Of a DNA stretch of 64,000 nucleotides, positions 10,422 to 18,884 are shown one piece after another. This DNA comes from Patescibacteria group bacterium. GTDB lineage: Bacteria; Patescibacteriota; Patescibacteriia; Magasanikbacterales; GWA2-37-8. The stretch covers positions 274,712 to 338,711 of the forward strand of contig JAKLGL010000001.1 of the NCBI GenBank assembly GCA_022710645.1, given 5' to 3'. Under the pieces are notes generated by a model, which worked only from the letters and a program-made list of their open reading frames with translations, was not told the DNA's origin and ran no database searches. Made by a program: the position numbers and the translations under genes. Numbering within the stretch: the first letter of the stretch is position 1; every line of letters starts with the position of its first letter.

Positions 10422-13400
10422 TTATTTTTTATTTTTTCCTTGTTGTTTAGCGCCTTGTTCTACTCCTTTTTTAACAGCATCAGCTATTTTCTCGCTGGAT
10501 TTTGACAAAGCTTGGGCGACTTCTTTGGGAATTTTGGATAAAACCGCCTGAGCCGATCTCGAATTGTTTTCTATCATTTTCTCAAAAGTATTTACAAAAT
10601 CCTTGCCTAAATCCAAGTTTTTGAAACTTCCTGTCTTGGAATCAAGTAAATTCAAAAGTTCCGTGGAAAGACGGCCGTGGATACGTCCTTGGAAAGTGAA
10701 GTTTCTCAATGTTTGTATGATCATATTTTGAGCATGTTCATCCAAACCGACCATTTCTCCACTACTGTTAATTGAAGCTATACCGGACAAGCTCTCTAGG
10801 TCTCCGACTTTATTGGAAAGCGGGCCGGTAAAATATTTTTGACCTTCTAAAATTTTATTTTTATTTGTCTGTAATTTATATTCGGCTAAGCCATTCTTTC
10901 CCAAAGAAGTACCGTCGTAAATGGAAACCGTGTGCGAAAAACCGGAGGGCGCCGCAGCTCTGGCGGAAATATCGTTATTACGCAAAACTGTTTGCCAACT
11001 CTCGGCACCCATTTTTTCTTGACCAATTTTAAACATTTTTTTAGTTTCGTCCAACAACATTCTATCTCTTGTTTTTCCATATTCTTCGGCAAAAGCTTGA
11101 TCATAATCTTCATCTTTTAGAGGACCATACTTTTCTTCAATGTCTTTATCTGTTTCTGCTGATACCTTTTTGCTGTCAAGAATATCTTGCAAATCTATTT
11201 TTTCGCCAGCCATCCTTGCAGTTTCAACCAATTGATGAGCAAACGCATCTCCAGAATCGAGTTTGTCATATTTTATACCATAAGCTTCGTTAATGGATTT
11301 TTGTACCGCAGCAATACCGTCGGAACCGAAATTTTTAGCAGCCACGGATTCCATAGCAGCTTGATTGGATAATAAAGCTTTTCTTTCTCTTTCATAACTT
11401 TCTTTAGGCATAGCGGCTTTATTTTTATCCAATTCTATGACTTTATTGGCATTTTGAGCTGACATAGCTACCAATTCAGCATACTGTAAATTACCAAAAC
11501 TTTTCTCGCGTCCGGACTGTAACTCCGCCCAATAAGCAGCTTCGTTTGTCTTTGGTATAAATCTTTTTTCAGCTTGTTCATCTTTGGCTTTGGCAATTTC
11601 CAATTTTTTCTCATCTTCAACAATCATTTTGAGGGTTTCCGCACTGGCCTGTTGTCTATACACTTCATTTTGTTTTTCTCTGAATTTTTTATCTTGTTTT
11701 AATAATTCTTCTATTTTTTTGAGTTCTCTTATAGATTCTCTGGAACCGACTTCTTCTTTGAGTTGTTGTGTTTCAAGTTTAGTTTTAACAGTTTCTTCTT
11801 TCATGGTTCTGAAACGACTTTCTGATCTCAATTTTTCCTCAGCCGCTATTTTTTCTTGTTGTGCGGCAGTAAATTTTTTATAATCTTCAGATTCGCTTTT
11901 TAATCTTTCCAATTCTTTTTGTCTTTCCACATAACCGGCTTCACCCATTTTCAATTTAGCCATTTGATCCTTTATACGATCTTCTCTGGCTTGTTTCAAA
12001 CCTCCGGCTTGCGTTCCTTCCAATTCTTTTGCGAGAGTTTCTTCCATAATACCGGGCGCTTCAGTTTCAACCCAAGCTTGAGCATTTTCTTTAACACCAA
12101 TACCTCCAGCTTCTTTTCGTCTTTTTAATAATTCAGCATATGCTTTTACTCTTTCGTTTTGATTTTTTTGATTCCAGTTAGCTTTGGTTCCGGATAAATC
12201 ATCCAAAACACTATCCCATGCTTCGTTTTCTCCTTTGAGCTGTTTATTTAGTCTTTCATTCTTAACGGAACGATTATACATTTCGCCTACAAAACCACCT
12301 TCTCTGAGACTTCTGGCTGTAAATCTTTTTAAACCTGTTTTTGCGCCTTCATATCGATTCATCCAAGCATAACCGCCGATTCCCGGTGCATTCATAGCAA
12401 TACCCTTGGTAATACCAAGAGCAGCTCCTTTTGCTTTTTCCCCCGCCCAACCGGCCAATCTAACACCGGTAGCAACAGTAGCAATTTTCTTGGCCGTACT
12501 CATTGCCGAGCTTAAAGCGCTGGCACCAGTAACTCCAAGTTCCTGAGTTTTTTTAACACCGGTAATAAGCAAAGCAATAGCTATGGCAAAAGAAGCCATT
12601 TTACCCCATTCCATAGCCTGGGAAATACCGGTAGCCGTGCTACCAAATAACGCATTAGTTTCGTAACGTTTTGCCTGGTCAGTCGGCAAGACTTCATTAA
12701 AAGAATCTCCTCCACCAACTATGGCAAATGACAACCAGAAAAAGAAAGCTAAGATAGGACCAGCCATTACGTGATTGTTAAATTCTTTCCACCACTCAGA
12801 AGCGTATTTTTGGGTGTTTGGTAAAACACTACTCATAAACGCTATTGGCGAAAGAACTATCAAAGTCCACAAGGCTACAACACGAGCGATAACCACCAAT
12901 AAATAAGCTCCTATAACAAAAAAACTGATAACGGAAAAAAATACAGCAGCTACTCCGGTCACAAAAACATCCGTAGCGCTGGCGGCTTTTTGAGCCAATT
13001 CCTGATCCGGACTTAAATTGTAAATAGTATCTAAATTCAAACCTTTTATCACATTCCCTCCAGCAGTAGCGGCAAAGCCATTTACAAAAGTCATCATAAA
13101 AACCTGAGAAACATCGATAATCACACCGCAAATAACTCTGCTAAAATTCACCAACACGGCGGCGAAAACCAATTTTACTAAAAGTTTTTTCCATTCATAT
13201 TGTTCAATACCGAGAACCGTACCAAAAGCTATCACCAAAAGAATCAAAACAAAAAACATGTTCACTACATCGCGAACCAAAACCCAGCCCAGAATAACAG
13301 CTTGGGAGTTGATAAAATTATTATATGAAGCTATGACAATGAAAAGTTGCGACGCCCAAACCGTCAATTTGATAAAAAACTGGGCAATAAGCAACAACAT

Positions 13401-13586
13401 CCAAGTAATAATCGAGGCTATGCCCATAGAAATTTCTTCCGTAGTCGGCCAACCCCAAGCCAAAGCATACCCGGCAGTCAAAATCCCGCTAAAAACAAAT
13501 ACAAAAAATAACACAACCAGAAGTTTGTTTTTCTTGTTTTTTCCAAATCTGAATTTCTCCTTAATTTTCCCAAAAAAAGACGACAT
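10422..13586 (-). CDS. Polytopic membrane protein with a TrbL/VirB6-like N-terminal multi-TM domain (~330 aa) and a ~700-aa charged coiled-coil C-terminal extension
   Basis: At least 6 hydrophobic helices within residues 20-330, with a layout and Trp/Pro pattern reminiscent of TrbL/VirB6 (PF04610). The remainder is E/K/Q/A-rich predicted coiled coil. It is the first gene of the operon, with promoter at 13667-13695. Family assignment is by eye only. Confidence 0.4.
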   Translation of the reverse strand: MSSFFGKIKEKFRFGKNKKNKLLVVLFFVFVFSGILTAGYALAWGWPTTEEISMGIASIITWMLLLIAQFFIKLTVWASQLFIVIASYNNFINSQAVILGWVLVRDVVNMFFVLILLVIAFGTVLGIEQYEWKKLLVKLVFAAVLVNFSRVICGVIIDVSQVFMMTFVNGFAATAGGNVIKGLNLDTIYNLSPDQELAQKAASATDVFVTGVAAVFFSVISFFVIGAYLLVVIARVVALWTLIVLSPIAFMSSVLPNTQKYASEWWKEFNNHVMAGPILAFFFWLSFAIVGGGDSFNEVLPTDQAKRYETNALFGSTATGISQAMEWGKMASFAIAIALLITGVKKTQELGVTGASALSSAMSTAKKIATVATGVRLAGWAGEKAKGAALGITKGIAMNAPGIGGYAWMNRYEGAKTGLKRFTARSLREGGFVGEMYNRSVKNERLNKQLKGENEAWDSVLDDLSGTKANWNQKNQNERVKAYAELLKRRKEAGGIGVKENAQAWVETEAPGIMEETLAKELEGTQAGGLKQAREDRIKDQMAKLKMGEAGYVERQKELERLKSESEDYKKFTAAQQEKIAAEEKLRSESRFRTMKEETVKTKLETQQLKEEVGSRESIRELKKIEELLKQDKKFREKQNEVYRQQASAETLKMIVEDEKKLEIAKAKDEQAEKRFIPKTNEAAYWAELQSGREKSFGNLQYAELVAMSAQNANKVIELDKNKAAMPKESYERERKALLSNQAAMESVAAKNFGSDGIAAVQKSINEAYGIKYDKLDSGDAFAHQLVETARMAGEKIDLQDILDSKKVSAETDKDIEEKYGPLKDEDYDQAFAEEYGKTRDRMLLDETKKMFKIGQEKMGAESWQTVLRNNDISARAAAPSGFSHTVSIYDGTSLGKNGLAEYKLQTNKNKILEGQKYFTGPLSNKVGDLESLSGIASINSSGEMVGLDEHAQNMIIQTLRNFTFQGRIHGRLSTELLNLLDSKTGSFKNLDLGKDFVNTFEKMIENNSRSAQAVLSKIPKEVAQALSKSSEKIADAVKKGVEQGAKQQGKNKK

Positions 13587-13666
13587 GTATTTGTTTTTTT
13601 AGTCGCCTAAATCAATCCTAAAAATCAAATTAAACTAAAATTTTCAGGATCGCTTTGGACAATTAG

Positions 13667-13695
13667 ATTATAACACATTTTGGCTAAACTTACAA
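13667..13695 (-). promoter_or_regulatory. Sigma70-type promoter for the giant-protein operon (minus strand)
   Basis: Reverse complement reads TTGTAA-17 nt-TATAAT with an extended -10 (TGtgTTATAAT). It lies about 75 nt upstream of the start at 13586. Confidence 0.5.
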
Positions 13696-13856
13696 AATTA
13701 AAACTATCCACAGGGTTTATAAAATTAAAAAGATTGAAAAATTAAAAAATTAAAAGATTAAAGAACTAACAAAATCAACAAAACAAGCTTTGAAAAAACT
13801 GTAAAATTTATAAACCTTATAAACTATTTTTAACTAATTTTAGCTAAAATATACCC

Positions 13857-13903
13857 TTGACAAAACTGCTAAAATGTGCTATAATAATCTGTTCTTTAAC
13901 AAT
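13857..13903 (+). promoter_or_regulatory. Consensus sigma70 promoter (TTGACA-17-TATAAT, extended -10) plus conserved leader motif GTTCTTTAACAAT
   Basis: TTGACA at 13857-13862, a 17-nt spacer, TATAAT at 13880-13885, leader motif at 13891-13903, GGAG RBS at 13911, ATG at 13921. Confidence 0.65.
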
Positions 13904-13920
13904 CAAAAAAGGAGAAAGAA

Positions 13921-14160
13921 ATGGTTAATTTTGGAGAAAAGATAAATTCCAAACCGGCTGAAAAGCACAAAATCCTGCAAAACTTGCAAAAAGATACGGT
14001 AAAAGAGTTTTTTGGAAAAAAGGATGCTTTTGCCAAAAAAACCTTTTTTATCGCCATGGTGATTTTTATCACAGCGGGATTGGTCGCCTGGTTTTCCAGT
14101 TCACTGGTGCCAATAGGTATTTTCGCCTTTTTGGCATTCATGAGCACATTTCTCATTTAA
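13921..14160 (+). CDS. Small membrane protein (79 aa), unknown function
   Basis: Has its own promoter and RBS. Contains two hydrophobic helices. Confidence 0.4.
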   Translation: MVNFGEKINSKPAEKHKILQNLQKDTVKEFFGKKDAFAKKTFFIAMVIFITAGLVAWFSSSLVPIGIFAFLAFMSTFLI

Positions 14161-14178
14161 AAAGGGGGAGGAAAAAAG

Positions 14179-15042
14179 ATGAACGAAAGATATGAAAAGA
14201 TCAGAGAGGAAATCAGAAATTTCAAACTGTGTGTCGGAAAAGAAAAATATCCGACCATGACAGTACATGAATACACCGGATTTGAAAACATTTTGAAGGA
14301 GATGGAAAAGGAGAAAGAGATAACGGACAGTGCGGTTAATATACTGGAACAGAACTGGCTCAAAACTCTTCTGTTTAATCTCGGAAAAGAGATTGAGCGG
14401 TATGAAACCGCTCTGGATATTGAATATGTTCAGAACTTGAACGCGGAAAAGTATGTCTCTCTCAACAGAGAGGACTACTACCGCGTAGTAGAAGATTACA
14501 ATCGTCTGGTTGAAAAAGCGCATCTGAGGCGAGAAGAGCTCAACGCTCTGGCGAAAAGCTGGAGAGATGACGAGGAAGTAAAAGCCTTCGACAAAGGTGA
14601 GTTGAAAGTCGCATGGTCCTACCGCATGAAGGAAGAAATGCGAGAACAAAAACGAGAAGCCACTGAAAAAAATTACCAAGAGAGATGGGCCGCGATATGG
14701 CACGATATATTCGCGGTAATCTGTTTCGTGGTAGGAATCTGTCTAGGCTTTTTCACAAAAAGTCTCATTACTACCTTGTTTGTCACTTTCACTTCGCTAT
14801 TGGTTATGAAGGAGGCTTTTGAAACCTCCAATATTACCGTAGCGCCACGCAGTGCCAACGCTTATCTGTTTTCCTACACTGCCTATTCGGTCGTCGTGGG
14901 TGTGGGCAGTTCCCTTTGGACATTATACCTTTCTCTTTTCAGCAAGGTTGGTGGAAACTCGTTGATAGTTTTTGTCATCACAATGCTGGCGCTTTTATTG
15001 ATCCTATCTTCTTACAATAAGAAGATATTCAAAAAAGCATAG
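14179..15042 (+). CDS. Membrane protein: N-terminal cytoplasmic coiled-coil domain plus 3-4 C-terminal TM helices, unknown function
   Basis: GGAGG RBS upstream. Terminator hairpin at about 15054-15085. Confidence 0.5.
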   Translation: MNERYEKIREEIRNFKLCVGKEKYPTMTVHEYTGFENILKEMEKEKEITDSAVNILEQNWLKTLLFNLGKEIERYETALDIEYVQNLNAEKYVSLNREDYYRVVEDYNRLVEKAHLRREELNALAKSWRDDEEVKAFDKGELKVAWSYRMKEEMREQKREATEKNYQERWAAIWHDIFAVICFVVGICLGFFTKSLITTLFVTFTSLLVMKEAFETSNITVAPRSANAYLFSYTAYSVVVGVGSSLWTLYLSLFSKVGGNSLIVFVITMLALLLILSSYNKKIFKKA

Positions 15043-15053
15043 TCGTTCTTTTC

Positions 15054-15085
15054 ACAGAGACCCTTTCAGAGGGTCTCTTTTTATT
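15054..15085 (+). terminator. Rho-independent terminator
   Basis: Hairpin GAGACCCT-TTCAG-AGGGTCTC followed by a T-run. Confidence 0.65.
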
Positions 15086-15095
15086 TAAAAAAATC

Positions 15096-15147
15096 TTGAC
15101 CAAATTTAAAAATTAAGATAAACTAACACGATTGGTTCTTTAACAAT
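15096..15147 (+). promoter_or_regulatory. Sigma70 promoter (TTGACC-17-TAAACT) plus conserved leader CACGATTGGTTCTTTAACAAT
   Basis: -35 at 15096-15101, -10 at 15119-15124, leader at 15125-15147, AAGGAGG RBS at 15160, ATG at 15172. Confidence 0.6.
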
Positions 15148-15171
15148 TTTTACAACATAAAGGAGGTTATC

Positions 15172-16395
15172 ATGGAAGACTGGCAAAGAAACGGCATGGT
15201 GAAATGGGACGCCTGGCAATACATGTTTGTCGGGGAGGCTTTCAAATTTCAGGCTAATGCCCTTGATGAATCGTTGAGTAAACATCGTGAGCTGGTTTGT
15301 CGGGAATATTTAAAAAATACCGATCGACTCATTGCCAGCCAAGAAACTGTTTATGAAATCATTGACGGAATCGTAGAAAAAATCAGCAACAAACAAAACC
15401 CGTCAGCTATCATTGCAAACAGTAACAGCCAATTGTCAGAAACTTTTATTCGCGGCACCAGTCAAGTTTTATCTAGTTTATCTTTTCTGCAGGAGGATAT
15501 TAACAACGGATTTTCCAATATCAGTGATAAACTTGAAGACATCAGTGACGCAATTGGTAATTTAGGAGCTTCTTTTAACTGGGGTGTAGACAGATTGGTT
15601 TGGCATCTGAGCGACATCAAAAAAACCATTCAAATGCCGATTGACAATAAAGCGCTAAACTATCGTATGCGTGGCATTAATGCTTATCAAAACGGTTGGT
15701 TTGACGAAGCCCTGAAAGAATTTATCCAGGCTAACTCTTACTACGAATACGATTTCATCACTCATCAGTACTTGGGAGATCTTTATCTTTACTACAAGAA
15801 AGATCTGAATAGAGCGCTTGAACATTTTCGCCGCGCGGCGAAATATTCAATGGTAAAAAACGCTTCGGTAGAACACAAAAAAATCAGTAGCTGGGCAGAA
15901 CTGCACATCGGTCTTGTCTTCTACAAAAAAAATGATTTCGAAGAAGCAGCTCAAGCCGCTTATCGTGCCGCCACCAAAAACCCTAGTCCGGAAGCTATGT
16001 ATCAGATAGGACACTATATGTCTTTGACCAAACAAAAGGATGAGAGATTAAAAAATATTCTCAGTGCTTTCGAGCAAGCCATCCGCGAAGATCCTGTTTA
16101 TTTTCTCAAAATAGACATGGATCATAATCTTTTTGAAAGAGACCTTTATAAAATCAGAAATGAAATGAAAGCACTCAAAGAATCGCTTTTTAGAGAAGAA
16201 CGGGAAAAAGCTTGGCAAAAAATCTCTAAACTCAAGCATATTTTTGAATCGACCAAATGGCATTATAACGCCAGCACAATAACCGAGATAGATAAAATGA
16301 AAGAAGACCTGCGTTTAGTGGAAGAAATGTTCAAAAACCGCCAAAGTTATCTTGATTTCAGAATAATCCAAGAAATATGCGGAAAAAACATATAA
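15172..16395 (+). CDS. TPR-repeat protein (407 aa), cytoplasmic
   Basis: Several 34-aa TPR-like units (for example ALNYRMRGINAYQNGWFDEALKEFIQA and WAELHIGLVFYKKNDFEEAAQAAYRAA). Confidence 0.55.
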   Translation: MEDWQRNGMVKWDAWQYMFVGEAFKFQANALDESLSKHRELVCREYLKNTDRLIASQETVYEIIDGIVEKISNKQNPSAIIANSNSQLSETFIRGTSQVLSSLSFLQEDINNGFSNISDKLEDISDAIGNLGASFNWGVDRLVWHLSDIKKTIQMPIDNKALNYRMRGINAYQNGWFDEALKEFIQANSYYEYDFITHQYLGDLYLYYKKDLNRALEHFRRAAKYSMVKNASVEHKKISSWAELHIGLVFYKKNDFEEAAQAAYRAATKNPSPEAMYQIGHYMSLTKQKDERLKNILSAFEQAIREDPVYFLKIDMDHNLFERDLYKIRNEMKALKESLFREEREKAWQKISKLKHIFESTKWHYNASTITEIDKMKEDLRLVEEMFKNRQSYLDFRIIQEICGKNI

Positions 16396-16423
16396 AAAAC
16401 TAAACATGTTGTGAAGCGTTAAT

Positions 16424-16452
16424 GAGCGAGTCTTATATGACTCGCTTTTTTA
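16424..16452 (+). terminator. Rho-independent terminator
   Basis: Hairpin GAGCGAGTC-TTATAT-GACTCGCTC followed by TTTTTTA. Confidence 0.65.
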
Positions 16453-16470
16453 TTTAATAATTTACGACTC

Positions 16471-16523
16471 TTGACTGAACTTCAAAATTAAGCTATATTA
16501 GCACGATTAGTTCTTTAACAATT
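16471..16523 (+). promoter_or_regulatory. Sigma70 promoter (TTGACT-17-TATATT) plus conserved leader CACGATTAGTTCTTTAACAAT
   Basis: -35 at 16471-16476, -10 at 16494-16499, leader at 16500-16523. Confidence 0.6.
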
Positions 16524-16530
16524 TTATATA

Positions 16531-17166
16531 ATGGAGATTAAAATGAATGGTAAAGGCAGAGAGACTCCGCTTTCAGAACGCTTAGAAAATTTAAAAAAAT
16601 TATCGGAATCAGAGAGAGCAAAGGATGAAGCTGAGGCTAAGAGAAAAAAAGAAGAAGAGGAAAGAAAAAGAAAAGAGGAGGAAGAAAGAAAAAAAGAAGA
16701 AGAGGAAAGAAAAAAACGAAGACAACTATCTGAAGAATACAAAAAACTAGCAGAAGAAAAAGAGAGAAAAGAAAAGATAGAAGAAGAAGAAAGAAAAAGA
16801 ATTTATCATGAAATCATCGATATTCATAAAACCAGGAACATTGCTGCCGTTGTTTTAAGTATTATTGGTACGATTATCGCTCTTTCTGTTGCGGGTATGG
16901 ATGAAAGTAACTCAATGAAAGAAATGTTTGGACTTTTGATAGTCGGGGGCCTGGTGGCTATTGTATTTCCTCCAGCCATCGTTGTTGCCGGAATCGCCCT
17001 TATCATTATTCTGTTAGTCTTAGCAATAATCATAATTCCTGTTGTTTTGGGAGTGGTAATTATCATATTCATGATAGCGGAAATTTATTGTAATGCAAAT
17101 TATGGCTGGGGTTATCGAAAATACATACAATATCATTCAGCCAAAAATAATTATTACGACGATTAA
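16531..17166 (+). CDS. Membrane protein with an E/R/K-rich single-alpha-helix-like N-terminal region and 3 C-terminal TM helices
   Basis: EEEERKRKEEEERKKEEEERKK low-complexity charged helix followed by hydrophobic helices. The likely true start is the ATG at 16545, 7 nt after GGAG. Terminator at 17194-17222. Confidence 0.5.
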   Translation: MEIKMNGKGRETPLSERLENLKKLSESERAKDEAEAKRKKEEEERKRKEEEERKKEEEERKKRRQLSEEYKKLAEEKERKEKIEEEERKRIYHEIIDIHKTRNIAAVVLSIIGTIIALSVAGMDESNSMKEMFGLLIVGGLVAIVFPPAIVVAGIALIIILLVLAIIIIPVVLGVVIIIFMIAEIYCNANYGWGYRKYIQYHSAKNNYYDD

Positions 17167-17193
17167 TCTCATTTGACTAAAAAGTTTTGTTAT

Positions 17194-17222
17194 TAAGCGG
17201 GCTAATTAAGCTCGCTTTTTTA
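17194..17222 (+). terminator. Rho-independent terminator
   Basis: Hairpin AAGCGGGC-TAATTA-GCTCGCTT (one G.U pair) followed by a T-run. The sequence is similar to the terminator at 16424. Confidence 0.6.
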
Positions 17223-17259
17223 TTTAATTTAAGCTGTTTTTAAACCCTATTTTCCCCTC

Positions 17260-17288
17260 TTGACATCTTCTTTCTCATATAATATAAT
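17260..17288 (+). promoter_or_regulatory. Consensus sigma70 promoter (TTGACA-17-TATAAT)
   Basis: TTGACA at 17260-17265, TATAAT at 17283-17288. It drives the DHH gene at 17335. Confidence 0.6.
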
Positions 17289-17334
17289 GATTGGTTCCTG
17301 AATAACCGGAGAGAGAAGGGACGAAAAGAAAGAT

Positions 17335-18465
17335 ATGCTAAACACCGTTGAACAATTTAAAAAACTAATAGATAGCAGTCGTAGTGTACTGATTGTTTTT
17401 GCTAACAAAAATAGCGAAGATTGCGCCGCCGGAGCTAATGCTTTGAAAAAATACATCAAGAAAATGAATAAGTTTTCCGAAATAGTGGCTGAGGATTTCA
17501 AAACTCCGAAGCAACTTTCCTTTTTGTCTGAAATAGAAAAAATAAAACCAGCCATCACCAATCTGCAAAAGATGATCATCAAAGTGGATATTTCCAGAAC
17601 AAAATTGGAAACCATAAGTTATGATGTCAAAGATAGCACTCTATCTATTTTTCTAACACCCAAAGAAGGCTTCATAACCAAAAACGATTTACGTACCGCG
17701 CAATCAACTTACAAATACGATTTGATAATCACTATCGGTGTTTCTGATTTAGAAGCATTGGGACAAACTTTTTTCAACAACACCGATCTTTTTTATCGCA
17801 CACCTATAGTAAATTTTGACAATCATGCCGGCAACGAAAATTTCGGACAGATAAACTTCAATGAAATAACCGCTACTTCCAATTGCGAAGTTATTTTCAA
17901 TACTTTAACCAAAATCAACGAAACTTTGATAGATAAAGATATTGCTACTTCCCTACTTACGGGCATGATAGCTCAAACCAAAAGTTTCAAAACGCCGAAT
18001 GTCACTCCTTATACGTTGAACTTGGCAAGTAAACTGATGAATTTGGGAGCTGATCGCGAACTTATCGTGCAAAATCTTTATCGCACCAAAACTTTATCAA
18101 TTTTAAAACTTTGGGGTCAGGCTCTCACCAAATTACAAAACATCCATGATATCGGATTGTTTTGGACCGCTATTACGATTGAAGATTTCAACAAAGCGGG
18201 AGCTCGCGAAGACGATCTCAAAGATATTATCGGAGAACTCATCAGTAATTCTCCAGAAGCAAAAGCCGTTTTGTTGCTCTACGAAAATAAAGATAATGAA
18301 ATAAGCGGAATATTAAATACGGAAAAAGAATTTGACGCGATGAATCTGCTACAAAAATTTACACCCACTGGTAATCGCAAACAAGCTAATTTCAAAATCT
18401 CCGGTAAAAATATCAAACAGGCCGAAAATGAAGTTATTGAAGAATTAAAAAAGAAAATGAAATAG
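17335..18465 (+). CDS. DHH/DHHA1-family phosphoesterase-like protein (NrnA-like architecture) with non-canonical catalytic motifs
   Basis: Length and motif order resemble NrnA. By-eye alignment shows motif III as DNH rather than DHH and motif IV GDTG replaced by AQTK. The DHHA1 GGGH motif is not evident. Confidence 0.5.
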   Translation: MLNTVEQFKKLIDSSRSVLIVFANKNSEDCAAGANALKKYIKKMNKFSEIVAEDFKTPKQLSFLSEIEKIKPAITNLQKMIIKVDISRTKLETISYDVKDSTLSIFLTPKEGFITKNDLRTAQSTYKYDLIITIGVSDLEALGQTFFNNTDLFYRTPIVNFDNHAGNENFGQINFNEITATSNCEVIFNTLTKINETLIDKDIATSLLTGMIAQTKSFKTPNVTPYTLNLASKLMNLGADRELIVQNLYRTKTLSILKLWGQALTKLQNIHDIGLFWTAITIEDFNKAGAREDDLKDIIGELISNSPEAKAVLLLYENKDNEISGILNTEKEFDAMNLLQKFTPTGNRKQANFKISGKNIKQAENEVIEELKKKMK

Positions 18466-18466
18466 C

Positions 18467-18507
18467 GAGTCTATAAAGTCCTTAATGTCTGTAATGTCTA
18501 TAAAGTC
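18467..18507. repeat. Left inverted-repeat arm (family A, GACTTTAYRGAC units) flanking the second four-helix-bundle gene
   Basis: Sequence 'gagtctataaagtccttaatgtctgtaatgtctataaagtc'. Its terminal 15-mer is the reverse complement of GGACTTTATAGACTC at 18926-18940. Confidence 0.6.
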
Positions 18508-18533
18508 AAAAAATCCGCATATTGCGGATTTTT

Positions 18534-18884
18534 TTAGTCTTTTAATGCTTTTATTAATCCTGAAAGCAACCTCGAAATTTCTATCGATAACTGATAACAA
18601 TTATCGTAATCACACTGCTGGATAATCTTTAAACTGAAAGCTAAATCAAGCATTGACCTCACTTCACCACAAGAACCCTTGGCAATAAACAGAAATTTTT
18701 TAAACTCCTTATCCCCTCTTCTTTCAAAACCTTCAGCAATATTATTCATTATAGAAACGCTTGCTCGTTGAATTTGGTCTTTAAACGAATAATCTCGTGA
18801 TGGTTCAAAAATCTTAAATATTATTATTGTTATTTGTTTGGCTTTTTGCCAAGCAATAATATCTTCAAACTTTTCGATTTTCAT
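18534..18884 (-). CDS. Four-helix-bundle protein (PF05635/TIGR02436 family)
   Basis: Motif ...ASVSIMNNIAEGFERRGDKEFKKFLFIAKGSCGEVRSML... is canonical for the family. Confidence 0.7.
   Translation of the reverse strand: MKIEKFEDIIAWQKAKQITIIIFKIFEPSRDYSFKDQIQRASVSIMNNIAEGFERRGDKEFKKFLFIAKGSCGEVRSMLDLAFSLKIIQQCDYDNCYQLSIEISRLLSGLIKALKD

Noticed and set aside
13590-13856. AT-rich 270-bp intergenic region with short direct repeats (aaaattaaaa / ttataaac)
   Set aside because: Apart from the two promoters described in the features, I see only low-complexity AT repeats without a defined structure.
16600-16800. Highly repetitive GAAGAAGAGGAAAGAAAAA stretch
   Set aside because: This is in-frame coding for an ER/K-rich single alpha helix (EEEERKRKEEEERKK). 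It is not a CRISPR array or a non-coding repeat.
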